Made by a program: the position numbers and the translations under genes | Source of the DNA: an uncultured virus (IMG/VR IMGVR_UViG_3300008117_000004) | Lineage: Duplodnaviria; Heunggongvirae; Uroviricota; Caudoviricetes | Virus record (IMG/VR): IMGVR_UViG_3300008117_000004 | Coordinates: 62,001 to 126,000 of that record | DNA length: 64,000 nucleotides | Strand: one strand, 5' to 3' | The notes under the pieces: model-generated | Told to the model about the DNA's origin: nothing | Database searches by the model: none | What the model saw: the letters and a program-made list of their open reading frames with translations, nothing else | Shown: one piece after another, positions 19,268 to 27,934 of the stretch | Position numbering within the stretch: position 1 is the first letter of the stretch | Layout: every line of letters starts with the position of its first letter

Positions 19268-19342
19268 ACCGAGAAAATTGAGATAAGGTGTGTTTTGAAA
19301 TTATCCTAAAAATTGCGAAGTAACCTTTTCTCTAACTACGGT
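19268..19342 (-). ncRNA. Short Y-RNA-like element
   Basis: Minus strand: ACCG-UAG-UUAGAGAAAAGGU-UACUUCG...ACAC-ACCUUAUCUCAA-UUUUCU-CGGU; same outer architecture as the long element. Confidence 0.65.
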
Positions 19343-19433
19343 AATTTTGTTTTTATTTTATATTTATATTTTAAAAAGTTTAAAATTTCTTTAAAAGATT
19401 TTCATTTGTTAAATCTCAGTCAGAAATCTTTTA

Positions 19434-19464
19434 CAAATATACATCTTTTATTTTAATTACCAAA
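19434..19464 (-). promoter_or_regulatory. Bacteroidota-type sigma70 promoter driving the Y-like RNA/Ro60 unit
   Basis: Minus strand TTTG-N19-TATATTTG matches the TTTG-N19-21-TAnnTTTG consensus. Confidence 0.55.
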
Positions 19465-19535
19465 AAAAGTTTTAATTTTTTTAATATGATTATATATGTG
19501 TAATTAAAATTACAATCGAAAAAGTGTGGATTTTA

Positions 19536-19715
19536 TACAGAAAATGTACAAAAATGTACAAATCAAATTTAATATATAAAATATGAAAGCTAAAGAAGTA
19601 ATGAATACCATCATCTGAAACAGAAGAGGATGTTATTAGATTAAATCACTATACCAACTTACAACCACTTTGTAGTAAAATAAATAGAGACGTTAAAAGA
19701 GATTTATTTTTATAG
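19536..19715 (+). pseudogene. Chimeric remnant: IS607-like left end/TnpA start (MKAKEVMN) joined out of frame to an HNH C-terminus
   Basis: AAAATGTACA x2 (19541-19560); ATG 19583; 19605-19715 reads IPSSETEEDVIRLNHYTNLQPLCSKINRDVKRDLFL*, very similar to the end of ORF 703-1482. Confidence 0.6.
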
Positions 19716-19775
19716 AAAAAAAAATGGCGAAAGTAAACTCTCACCATTTATAAGTATTTGATAATCAGTTATATA

Positions 19776-21137
19776 TCACGAGCCGCATGCCATGCATTCA
19801 CCAGGATCTGAATCTAAGCTACACGAGATTTCAGCCATTTGTTCTTCAACAGTTTTCTTAGCCGTATCTTGTTGTACAGTGAATTTAACTGCGTCTGCCG
19901 CTGATTTATTTCTTAAATAATAAATACCAGTTTTTAATGTGTATCTCTTATCTTTATAACATCTTGCTTTACCTTCTGAATCGTAAATAACTTGAATATT
20001 TTCTCCTTGTGGGATAATAACTTCACCATTTTCATTGGTCATTAAGTTTCTTCTACCCCATCCATAGAAGTGCATCGCTGTCAACTTAGCAAAGTTTGGA
20101 GAATCCATAAAAATATTCATTGATTGAGTTTGGTCAATAAACGCTCCTCTATCAGCAGCCATCTCGATAACATCTCTTTGTTTAATCTCATAAACAGTTT
20201 TAAAGATTTCTTTCAAGTTAGTTGGTACTTCAGGTACATTTTGAACCGAACCATTCTCAGCAATAATTTTCTTTCTTAAATTTTCATTCCATAATCCTAA
20301 CTTAACTAATTCTTTAACTAAATATTTATTTACCATAATGAAAGTTCCTGAAAGAACACTTCTTGTGTACATATTTGAAGTTTGAGCTTCACAAGATGCT
20401 TCATTACCTAAGATAGAAGCTGTTGATGCTGTTGGCATGATACAAGTTGTTAAAGAGTTTCTAACACCATACTTCTTAACTTCTTCTCTTAATTTATCCC
20501 AATCCCATCTTTTACTAGGTTTAGTTCCCCATAAATCAAATTGGAATTTACCTTGTGAAATAGGTGAACCTTCATAAGTTGCGTAAGTGCCTTGTACTTT
20601 AGCTAAATCACAAGAAGCTTTAATTGAAGCGTAATAGATAGTTTCAAAAATATCTTTATTTAATTGTTTAGCCTCTTCAGATTCATATGGTAATCCTAAT
20701 TGAAAGAAAACATCTGCTAATCCTTGAACACCTAAACCAACTGGTCTATGACATAAGTTAGAAAATTTAGCTGATGGTGATGGATAAAAGTTAACATCAA
20801 TAACATTATTTAAGTTAACAATCGCATCATAAGCAATATCATAAAGTTTATTAAAATTATAAGTTTTATTCTTATTGATAAACTTAGGAAGTGCTAAAGA
20901 AGCTAAGTTACAAACTGCTGTTTCATTTACTTCTTCTTGACCCCAGAATTCACCTAACCCTAATTTCTCTAATAACTCTTTATTTTCTAAAATAGCTTTT
21001 TGCGTTTTAGTAACGCCTGTCGCTTCAACTATTTCAGCACAGTTATGTACTAATATATTATTAGCATAAAAGTTGTGATTTTTATTCACAGTAATGTCAT
21101 AAACTGGTCTATTTTTTACTTTTTCGATTTTGATCAT
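19776..21137 (-). CDS. nrdA: Ribonucleotide reductase class Ia alpha, C-terminal fragment preceded by 32-aa split-intein C-part (21042-21137)
   Basis: MIKIEK..VYDITVNKNHNFYANNILVHN|CAEI; VCNLASL, GLGVQG, MPTASTA, LKTGIYYLR, CMACGS. Confidence 0.95.
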   Translation of the reverse strand: MIKIEKVKNRPVYDITVNKNHNFYANNILVHNCAEIVEATGVTKTQKAILENKELLEKLGLGEFWGQEEVNETAVCNLASLALPKFINKNKTYNFNKLYDIAYDAIVNLNNVIDVNFYPSPSAKFSNLCHRPVGLGVQGLADVFFQLGLPYESEEAKQLNKDIFETIYYASIKASCDLAKVQGTYATYEGSPISQGKFQFDLWGTKPSKRWDWDKLREEVKKYGVRNSLTTCIMPTASTASILGNEASCEAQTSNMYTRSVLSGTFIMVNKYLVKELVKLGLWNENLRKKIIAENGSVQNVPEVPTNLKEIFKTVYEIKQRDVIEMAADRGAFIDQTQSMNIFMDSPNFAKLTAMHFYGWGRRNLMTNENGEVIIPQGENIQVIYDSEGKARCYKDKRYTLKTGIYYLRNKSAADAVKFTVQQDTAKKTVEEQMAEISCSLDSDPGECMACGS

Positions 21138-21154
21138 AATATTTTTTTTATTTT

Positions 21155-22054
21155 TTATGAAAATTGATTTTTATTTTTCTTAAATGTCTTTAGATATTCT
21201 CTAATTTCATTTTCTTTATTCTTAAATTTATTTTCCCAATCATCCTTATAGATTATATAATAACCTTTTGTTGTATGATATGGATACATTTCCTCTTTTG
21301 AATTTGTACTTGCGGTCTTGGAAACCGACCTATTTGATGAGTTAATATAATTAGATACATCAAAACAATAATCAAATTCTCTAATTATATTGAAGTCTTT
21401 ATCAAAAAGTAAAGTTTTTTTAGCTCTACTATTACCAGATCCACTTCTTTGTTTGGATAGCTTTTCTCTTGTTGATATTGACGCGGTTCTACCCATATTC
21501 CAATGTTCTCCTCTCAACTTTGCTTTATGTGATGGATATTCTTCTAAAGGAAGACCATACATATTATTATTCGATCCTAAAGCATTTCTTCTATGCTTTT
21601 CTCTTATCTCCTCTTTTCTTGGATTATTAGTAAAGTTATCACCACCATCTCCTCCTTTTGATATATTAACTAGAGGTCCTGACTTATCATATCTATTACC
21701 AATGATTAGTATCATATCTTTTTCCTTAAAAAAGGCATCTGATATACTCATACCATCAATATATTTCAATATAATTGGTTCTAATTTATCTGATAATATA
21801 CTCTTTATTATATTCTTTTTGTAATTATTATTTGTTATATCCTTATCGTTTTTCGCGTATTGTAAATGTCGAACTTTTCGATCATGTATAGTTTTACCAC
21901 TAGAAGCACCAACATAAAAAGGTTCATGATTAAATTCATATTCACCATATTTATAGTCTCCTGATTTTCTAGGATCCAGATAAACATAGATAAAGGATGT
22001 ATTATCTATGTTATCTGTTATAAAATCCTCATAATTAAACAAGTTCTTTTTCAT
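21155..22054 (-). CDS. GIY-YIG-like/NUMOD3 homing endonuclease between the nrdA fragments
   Basis: FIYVYLDPRK...PFYVG...LVNISKGGDG; NNMYG; TREKLS. Confidence 0.8.
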   Translation of the reverse strand: MKKNLFNYEDFITDNIDNTSFIYVYLDPRKSGDYKYGEYEFNHEPFYVGASSGKTIHDRKVRHLQYAKNDKDITNNNYKKNIIKSILSDKLEPIILKYIDGMSISDAFFKEKDMILIIGNRYDKSGPLVNISKGGDGGDNFTNNPRKEEIREKHRRNALGSNNNMYGLPLEEYPSHKAKLRGEHWNMGRTASISTREKLSKQRSGSGNSRAKKTLLFDKDFNIIREFDYCFDVSNYINSSNRSVSKTASTNSKEEMYPYHTTKGYYIIYKDDWENKFKNKENEIREYLKTFKKNKNQFS

Positions 22055-23657
22055 TTAATAATAAAATATCATTTTCTTCTAAATCACCAGCTCTAACATA
22101 TCCTCTATTTTGAGTCCAAACTTGATGATCCTCTGTACAGATTATGTAATTCCCACTTTCATCTGTTACTTTGATAGTTTCCGCATTATGATTGGTTATA
22201 CCAGAGTTTTCAACCAAACACCACTCATCAATTCCTGTTTCTAAGTCTCTAGAAAGAACTTCTATTTTCTTACCATTCTTAAACATAAGATCTATTGTGA
22301 CCATATCAAATTCTTTCTCTACACCTTCAACTCTACACTTAACTAAAGTATCTCCATCTAAACATAGATTAGATGAGTGTATCATTCCAATATTTGATTG
22401 ATTTGATTTCTCATTGATTGAATCTTTGTATAATAAGTATGGTGTACCAGTTTCAATTTGAGATTCTAATATTTTATTCCAAACTTCTCTTGCTTTAACA
22501 ACTCTTTTAGCTTTTCCAGCCGCTTCATAAGAAGTATAAAGTTTGTTAAATTCTTCACCATAAGTTTCATTCAATCCAGTACATTCGTGAGGACACATTA
22601 ATGACCAATCAGCATCTAACTCAACTCTTTCCATAAACAAGTCGTTCATCCACATTGCTAAGAAAAGGTCACGAGCTCTAATTTCATCTTTACCTTGGTT
22701 CTTTCTTAAATCTAAGAAGTCCATAATATCAGCGTGCCATGGTTCCATATAAATAGCAATTGATCCTTTACGTTTACCACCACCTTGGTCTACCGCTCTC
22801 GCTGTCTCATTATAGATTTTTAAGAAAGGAATAATACCATTTGAAGTACCGTTTGTACCAGCAATATAAGTTCCTTTAGCTCTTACTTTGTTAAAAGAGA
22901 TACCAATACCACCCGCGTTTTTAGAGATTTGAGCAGCTTCTTTTAATGTGTTAAAAATACCATCAATAGAATCTGATTCAGTATCTAATAAGAAACAAGA
23001 AGATAATTGTGGTCTACCTGTTCCAGAGTTGAATAATGTTGGTGTTGCGTGAGTATAATAACCTTCTGATAATTCGTTATAAGTTTTAATTACTTTTTCT
23101 AAGTTTTCACCCCAAATTTGAAGTGCTGTTCTCATATACATATACTGAGGTCTTTCAGCAACTTTACCATTAATTTTTAATAAGTAAGATTTCTCTAAAG
23201 TTTTGTAACCAAAGTAATCAAAGTTATGATCTCTTGAGTGTACAATAGCTGAATCTAAATCATCAGCGTGTTTTTTAACAATGTTGTAAAAATCCAAAGA
23301 AACAATTGGAGAATGTTTCTCTGTCATTGGATCTACATAGTTATATAAATCTTTAACTGTTTCTGAAAAGCTCTTTTTAGTTTCTTTATGTAAAGAAGTA
23401 ATAGCGATTCTTGCTGCTAAAACTGAGTAATCTGGGTGTTTTGTTGTAAGAGAAGCCGCAGTTTCCATTGCCAATTGATCTAACACAGAAGTTTTAATAT
23501 CTGGTGTAATACCTTCAATAACTTTTTGTGCGATCTCAAACGGTGCTATCCACTTTTGATCTAATCCATAAGTTTGTTGTGTTATACGATCAACAATCTT
23601 ATTGAAATTAACGGTTTCTTTCTTACCATTTCTTTTTGTGACTTTTATCATGCTCAT
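22035..23657 (-). CDS. nrdA: Ribonucleotide reductase alpha, N-terminal fragment (ATP cone) ending in 109-aa split-intein N-part (22035-22364)
   Basis: VTKRNG ATP cone, ATPTLFN, LSSCFL, DQGGGKRKG, SSNL|CLDGDT...CTEDH. Confidence 0.95.
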   Translation of the reverse strand: MSMIKVTKRNGKKETVNFNKIVDRITQQTYGLDQKWIAPFEIAQKVIEGITPDIKTSVLDQLAMETAASLTTKHPDYSVLAARIAITSLHKETKKSFSETVKDLYNYVDPMTEKHSPIVSLDFYNIVKKHADDLDSAIVHSRDHNFDYFGYKTLEKSYLLKINGKVAERPQYMYMRTALQIWGENLEKVIKTYNELSEGYYTHATPTLFNSGTGRPQLSSCFLLDTESDSIDGIFNTLKEAAQISKNAGGIGISFNKVRAKGTYIAGTNGTSNGIIPFLKIYNETARAVDQGGGKRKGSIAIYMEPWHADIMDFLDLRKNQGKDEIRARDLFLAMWMNDLFMERVELDADWSLMCPHECTGLNETYGEEFNKLYTSYEAAGKAKRVVKAREVWNKILESQIETGTPYLLYKDSINEKSNQSNIGMIHSSNLCLDGDTLVKCRVEGVEKEFDMVTIDLMFKNGKKIEVLSRDLETGIDEWCLVENSGITNHNAETIKVTDESGNYIICTEDHQVWTQNRGYVRAGDLEENDILLLNEKELV

Positions 23658-23744
23658 ATTTTAATTTTTGTTTTTTATATATTTCATCGTTTTTTTATTT
23701 AAAATATTAAACCTTTAAAATTTTTTGATTTTTTATAGCTCATT

Positions 23745-24695
23745 TTATAAAAAATCAATGTTGTTAAGTTTATTTAAATTATACTTAAATTTTGTGTTAT
23801 TTAAGATTTTTGTTATAATACTGATATGAATATCATAGATATTTTCATAAGAATCAACTCTAAACATTGAATCATCGTAGTTAGTTTCTAAAACAACTCC
23901 AGTAATTAATTTATCATCACCAAACTCATCATGCCACATGAATTCTATTTCGGTTCCAACATAAATATTTCTATTCATAACTTGTTTAGAATTTGCGTTT
24001 TTACCAATATGTTCTTGTAATTCTTTTATTATCAAATTACGCCATTTATTATCTAATAATTTAAACATATTAAATAGATTATCTGAAAAATAAACTGCTA
24101 ACTCATTAAACAATTCTATATTAGTAAAACTTTCACTTTCTAAATTTCTTTTCAATAAGGTATAATATTGATTAAAATCTGATCTTGAAGGTTTTCTTCG
24201 ATTATTCATGAAATTAAGAGATGTATGTTCCGTTAAAACGGCATAAACTCTTTCTTTAACCAATTTTGTTCTAATATAATTTTCATTATCAATAGATTCA
24301 AAATAGTAGTTTGATGATTTATCAACTTCGATGCTTTCTTTATGATAAAAAGCAAATCCATCCATATCATCTTCACTTAAAGGATCTTCTTTTTTACCCT
24401 TAAAAATAGAATCATATTTTAATGAATGTTTACCTTCGATTTTATGTTTAGAAAGAACTATATCATCTTCATCCTCTGAACTTTTTTTCTCATCATCCAT
24501 CAAATTTAAATCATCATCGTCAATTTCAATCAAAATATCTAAATTGTCATCATCGTCTAAATTCAGATCAGAATCTGATTTTGATTCATCATCAAAATCT
24601 TCTTCATCGTCTAAATCATCAATAATTTCATCACCGACTTCATTATCTAATTCATCATCGAAATCTTCTTCATCATCTCTAACTTTTTTAGCCAT
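23745..24695 (-). CDS. Hypothetical protein with very acidic (Asp/Glu) N-terminal ~80 aa
   Basis: Composition of translation. Confidence 0.6.
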   Translation of the reverse strand: MAKKVRDDEEDFDDELDNEVGDEIIDDLDDEEDFDDESKSDSDLNLDDDDNLDILIEIDDDDLNLMDDEKKSSEDEDDIVLSKHKIEGKHSLKYDSIFKGKKEDPLSEDDMDGFAFYHKESIEVDKSSNYYFESIDNENYIRTKLVKERVYAVLTEHTSLNFMNNRRKPSRSDFNQYYTLLKRNLESESFTNIELFNELAVYFSDNLFNMFKLLDNKWRNLIIKELQEHIGKNANSKQVMNRNIYVGTEIEFMWHDEFGDDKLITGVVLETNYDDSMFRVDSYENIYDIHISIITKILNNTKFKYNLNKLNNIDFL

Positions 24696-24749
24696 AGATT
24701 TTTTTTATTTTTTGTATTGTTTTATATAATTTTTTATTATCTTTGTTTC

Positions 24750-25919
24750 TTATTGATCTAAAAACTGATCGTTTTCTAGTGTTAAATAAACTGGATTTAA
24801 ACTCAATCTAATCTGTGATTTTAAGAAATCACCATCTCTTTGTTTAAGTAGTTTAAATCTATATAAGTTTTGTCTTTTCATTTCTTCTGTACGGATGATA
24901 GCAAAGAAGGTGTCAGCAGTCTCTGCTATTGCTTTTGACTCAGGTACGGCTTCTAATGTAATATCGGATGAGTTCCAAGCATCTTTAGCAACCTGCACAC
25001 CAGTTATAACAGGACACATATATTTTGCTCCCATTGCTCTTAATCCCTCTGCTAAGTGTTTACCCTTAGTATAAAGATTATCAGCATTAGATCCTTTATT
25101 AGCAGCAATCAATGTAATATAATCAACTATAATTAGGTCGATTTTTATACCTCTCTTTTCTTTTAATCTTTGAATATAATTATCAAAGTCATTAACAGTT
25201 GCTGTTCCGGCTGCCCAGAATTTAGTTATAATTTTACCAACTTTATTTTCAAATAAATCAACACCACCTTCTATTCGTTTGAGAGCATCTATCTTAGATT
25301 TAATCAATTCAACATCCTTAGATTGATTATCATAATCATTAATAGGAATTTTTAACCTCATAGCACCTAATCTCTTCATAACTTTACGCTCACTCATTTC
25401 AAGAGTGATATAAAGAACATTGTGTCCCATATTTGCTGATTTAACGGCAAAATTTTGCATCCAAAGAGAATTGTGACTAAGAATATCATTTATATAATAC
25501 TGTTTATTAGAACCCTCTGATAGTTGTAAATCATACATATGTGAATTTTTTCCGGTTTTTGATATATTCATAATTTGCTCCGGTCCATCTTTTGTCATTA
25601 TAAAATTACCCAATTCTAATTTCTCACAATATATCTCTGTCAAATCACATTTTTTTGATGAAAAGTCCATATTATCACATCTATATAATAGATGTTTGTC
25701 AGCGCATATTAAATTTTTACCACCGGAGGTAATAATTTCAAATTCTTCAAATTTTATTGTTTTACCAATACCCTCTATATTAACCCATCCATTTGGGGTC
25801 AATACCTCAAAATTATCCACCTCATATGCTTCGATGAATTTATCATAAAGCGGTCTATCATACTTACCTTCTAATAGACTATCTGCTTCTATTACTTCAA
25901 AATTATCTAAATTATTCAT
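24750..25919 (-). CDS. gp41/DnaB-like replicative helicase, C-terminal fragment preceded by 150-aa intein C-part (25470-25919)
   Basis: VLTPNGW, CADKH, MYDLQL..YYINDILSHN|SLWMQN; YITLEMSE, IIVDY, ESKAIAETAD, LKQRDG. Confidence 0.92.
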   Translation of the reverse strand: MNNLDNFEVIEADSLLEGKYDRPLYDKFIEAYEVDNFEVLTPNGWVNIEGIGKTIKFEEFEIITSGGKNLICADKHLLYRCDNMDFSSKKCDLTEIYCEKLELGNFIMTKDGPEQIMNISKTGKNSHMYDLQLSEGSNKQYYINDILSHNSLWMQNFAVKSANMGHNVLYITLEMSERKVMKRLGAMRLKIPINDYDNQSKDVELIKSKIDALKRIEGGVDLFENKVGKIITKFWAAGTATVNDFDNYIQRLKEKRGIKIDLIIVDYITLIAANKGSNADNLYTKGKHLAEGLRAMGAKYMCPVITGVQVAKDAWNSSDITLEAVPESKAIAETADTFFAIIRTEEMKRQNLYRFKLLKQRDGDFLKSQIRLSLNPVYLTLENDQFLDQ

Positions 25920-27093
25920 TAATAAATTTTATACATTTTTCTACGGTTTGTTTCGGGTTTTTTCTATATTCAGATTCCCAAACAATAAAAACTTCATAAC
26001 CCCTTTTTCTAAACCAATTGATTTTATCAATATCTTTTTTCCAAATTTCTTTTGATGTTACTTTCAATATAGGATGTATAAAGCTCTCATTATACTTATC
26101 AGGGTTACAGTGCCAATAATCACCATTAAATTCAATACATTTCTTTTTACTATGATCAACATAATCAAATCTATAATGTCTTTTATTTATTTTATCATAT
26201 CTAATGGTTTCTGAGTTTAACTCTTCAAAATTAATTTTGTTATTTTTAAAGTTCTCATAAATACTCCAGAAAAGATTTTGTGAAATTTTAGAATATCCAC
26301 CATTATTAAATAATTTTTTTCTATTAATTTCTATTTTCTCCTCTTCTGTTTTTGAATCTATTGTTTCGATCCATTTCCTCTGTCTCTCTTCAAAAACTAT
26401 TTTACCATCTTCTTTGCCATATTTTTCAATACATTTTTGTAACGAAAATCTATTTTGTATTTCAGATATCTTTTCAATAGCCTCCTCTTCACTAAAACCT
26501 CTTTTTAAATAGTACTCCTTTTTCGTTGGATATTTATGTGCATATTTTTCAGGATTTGATTTTAATTTAATAGAGGTTTTTAAATGAATTTCATCCATAA
26601 CCTCTTTTGCTTTTAAAATAGCATTCTTTTCAGAATATCCCTTCTCAATCCAAAAATACTTACAGTTTCTACTTCTTTTTTTGTCCCAATTTTTATCTAT
26701 TTTTCTTAATTTATTTTGTGATTCAATCCTTTCTTTCAACTGCCTTTCATTTTCTATTTTAAATTGAACTTCAGCTTCTTCTCTAGAAAGCATATTTCTA
26801 TACATGAATCCCTCTACACTATGAGAGTTAAATGATTTTTTAACACACTCTTGACTCTCACATAAATTTCTATATCCCTTTGATATAGAAATAAACTTAC
26901 CTTTACTACCACAAAAGAAACAAGAATTGTCTCTGTGATTTATATAAGTATCATAATACTCTTCATGATTCATTTTCAATGTTTTTGTAACATAACAAGA
27001 TAAACCCTGTGAACTCTCAAATATTCTATTACTAATAGGACAAGTGTAAGGAAATTCTATATCCTTATATCTTTTTTTAGCATCTGCATTCAT
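25912..27093 (-). CDS. Vsr-like (very short patch repair fold) homing endonuclease between the helicase fragments
   Basis: CIEFNGDYWH...KDIDK...GYEVFIVWESEY; N-terminal Zn-finger; GYSEEEA-type repeats. Confidence 0.85.
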   Translation of the reverse strand: MNADAKKRYKDIEFPYTCPISNRIFESSQGLSCYVTKTLKMNHEEYYDTYINHRDNSCFFCGSKGKFISISKGYRNLCESQECVKKSFNSHSVEGFMYRNMLSREEAEVQFKIENERQLKERIESQNKLRKIDKNWDKKRSRNCKYFWIEKGYSEKNAILKAKEVMDEIHLKTSIKLKSNPEKYAHKYPTKKEYYLKRGFSEEEAIEKISEIQNRFSLQKCIEKYGKEDGKIVFEERQRKWIETIDSKTEEEKIEINRKKLFNNGGYSKISQNLFWSIYENFKNNKINFEELNSETIRYDKINKRHYRFDYVDHSKKKCIEFNGDYWHCNPDKYNESFIHPILKVTSKEIWKKDIDKINWFRKRGYEVFIVWESEYRKNPKQTVEKCIKFINE

Positions 27094-27116
27094 ACTTAAT
27101 ATTTTATTTTTATATA

Positions 27117-27845
27117 TTAAATATCAACACCCCACTGACTAACTTTGGCAAAGAATGTTCCAAAATCAACATTTGAAACATTACCATTATTCTTATCTCT
27201 AACTTTTATCACCGTATCAAAAGAACAACATTTTCCGTTGTTAGTTTCAGCCATTATTACATTTAATGTAGAAATATCCCATCCACCACCTAGCATATGG
27301 TCAATGGTTTCGAATCCACATTTAACTTTAAATTTTGAGGAATCTTGTACGTGATTTTCAGCCTCATCAAAATCTGAACCCATATCATCATCTTGTACAA
27401 ATCTAGTTGATGACATCTCATCAACAATACCTTTAATTCTATTAGCAGCTTCGACTGCTTTATCAAAGTCAGATATTGAATCTAGATTTCTAGTTTCATC
27501 GATGATATCTACTGTACCAGTTTTTAATCGATTTGCTAAAACCCAACCATTAAAGTTTGGTTCTATAAAGTTTTTCTCATCATATTCATCAAGATTAACT
27601 TGAAGAATTGATTTTAAAATCTCTTTGGTTATCATACCTTCTTTATCTTGAAGGTTAACCATGTCTAAAATTTGTCTCGGAGTTGGGATTTCAACATCCG
27701 AACCTTTCAACATATATTCTCTAATTACGCCGTAAACAAATTGAATTTCCGAATTTCTAAAAAAATAAGCCTTTACTATCTCAAAATATTTCTTGTTCTT
27801 TAAAATGTAATTAAAATATACTTTCTCTAATTGTGGAGTAGTCAT
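27117..27845 (-). CDS. gp41/DnaB-like helicase, N-terminal fragment ending in 37-aa intein N-part (27117-27230)
   Basis: GFETIDHMLGGG..LNVIMAETNNGK|CCSFDTVIKV; Walker A completed by Ser of the other fragment. Confidence 0.92.
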   Translation of the reverse strand: MTTPQLEKVYFNYILKNKKYFEIVKAYFFRNSEIQFVYGVIREYMLKGSDVEIPTPRQILDMVNLQDKEGMITKEILKSILQVNLDEYDEKNFIEPNFNGWVLANRLKTGTVDIIDETRNLDSISDFDKAVEAANRIKGIVDEMSSTRFVQDDDMGSDFDEAENHVQDSSKFKVKCGFETIDHMLGGGWDISTLNVIMAETNNGKCCSFDTVIKVRDKNNGNVSNVDFGTFFAKVSQWGVDI

Positions 27846-27934
27846 TTATAATAATTATTTTTTAATCATGAATTATATAAATAAACTAATCTTTGTTTAA
27901 ATAAAAAAAATCCTTATATTAAGGATTTTCATTT

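Noticed and set aside
19027..19342. tRNA genes
   Set aside because: No GGTTCGA(A)TCC T-arm or CCA-ended acceptor stem; none noticed elsewhere in the window either
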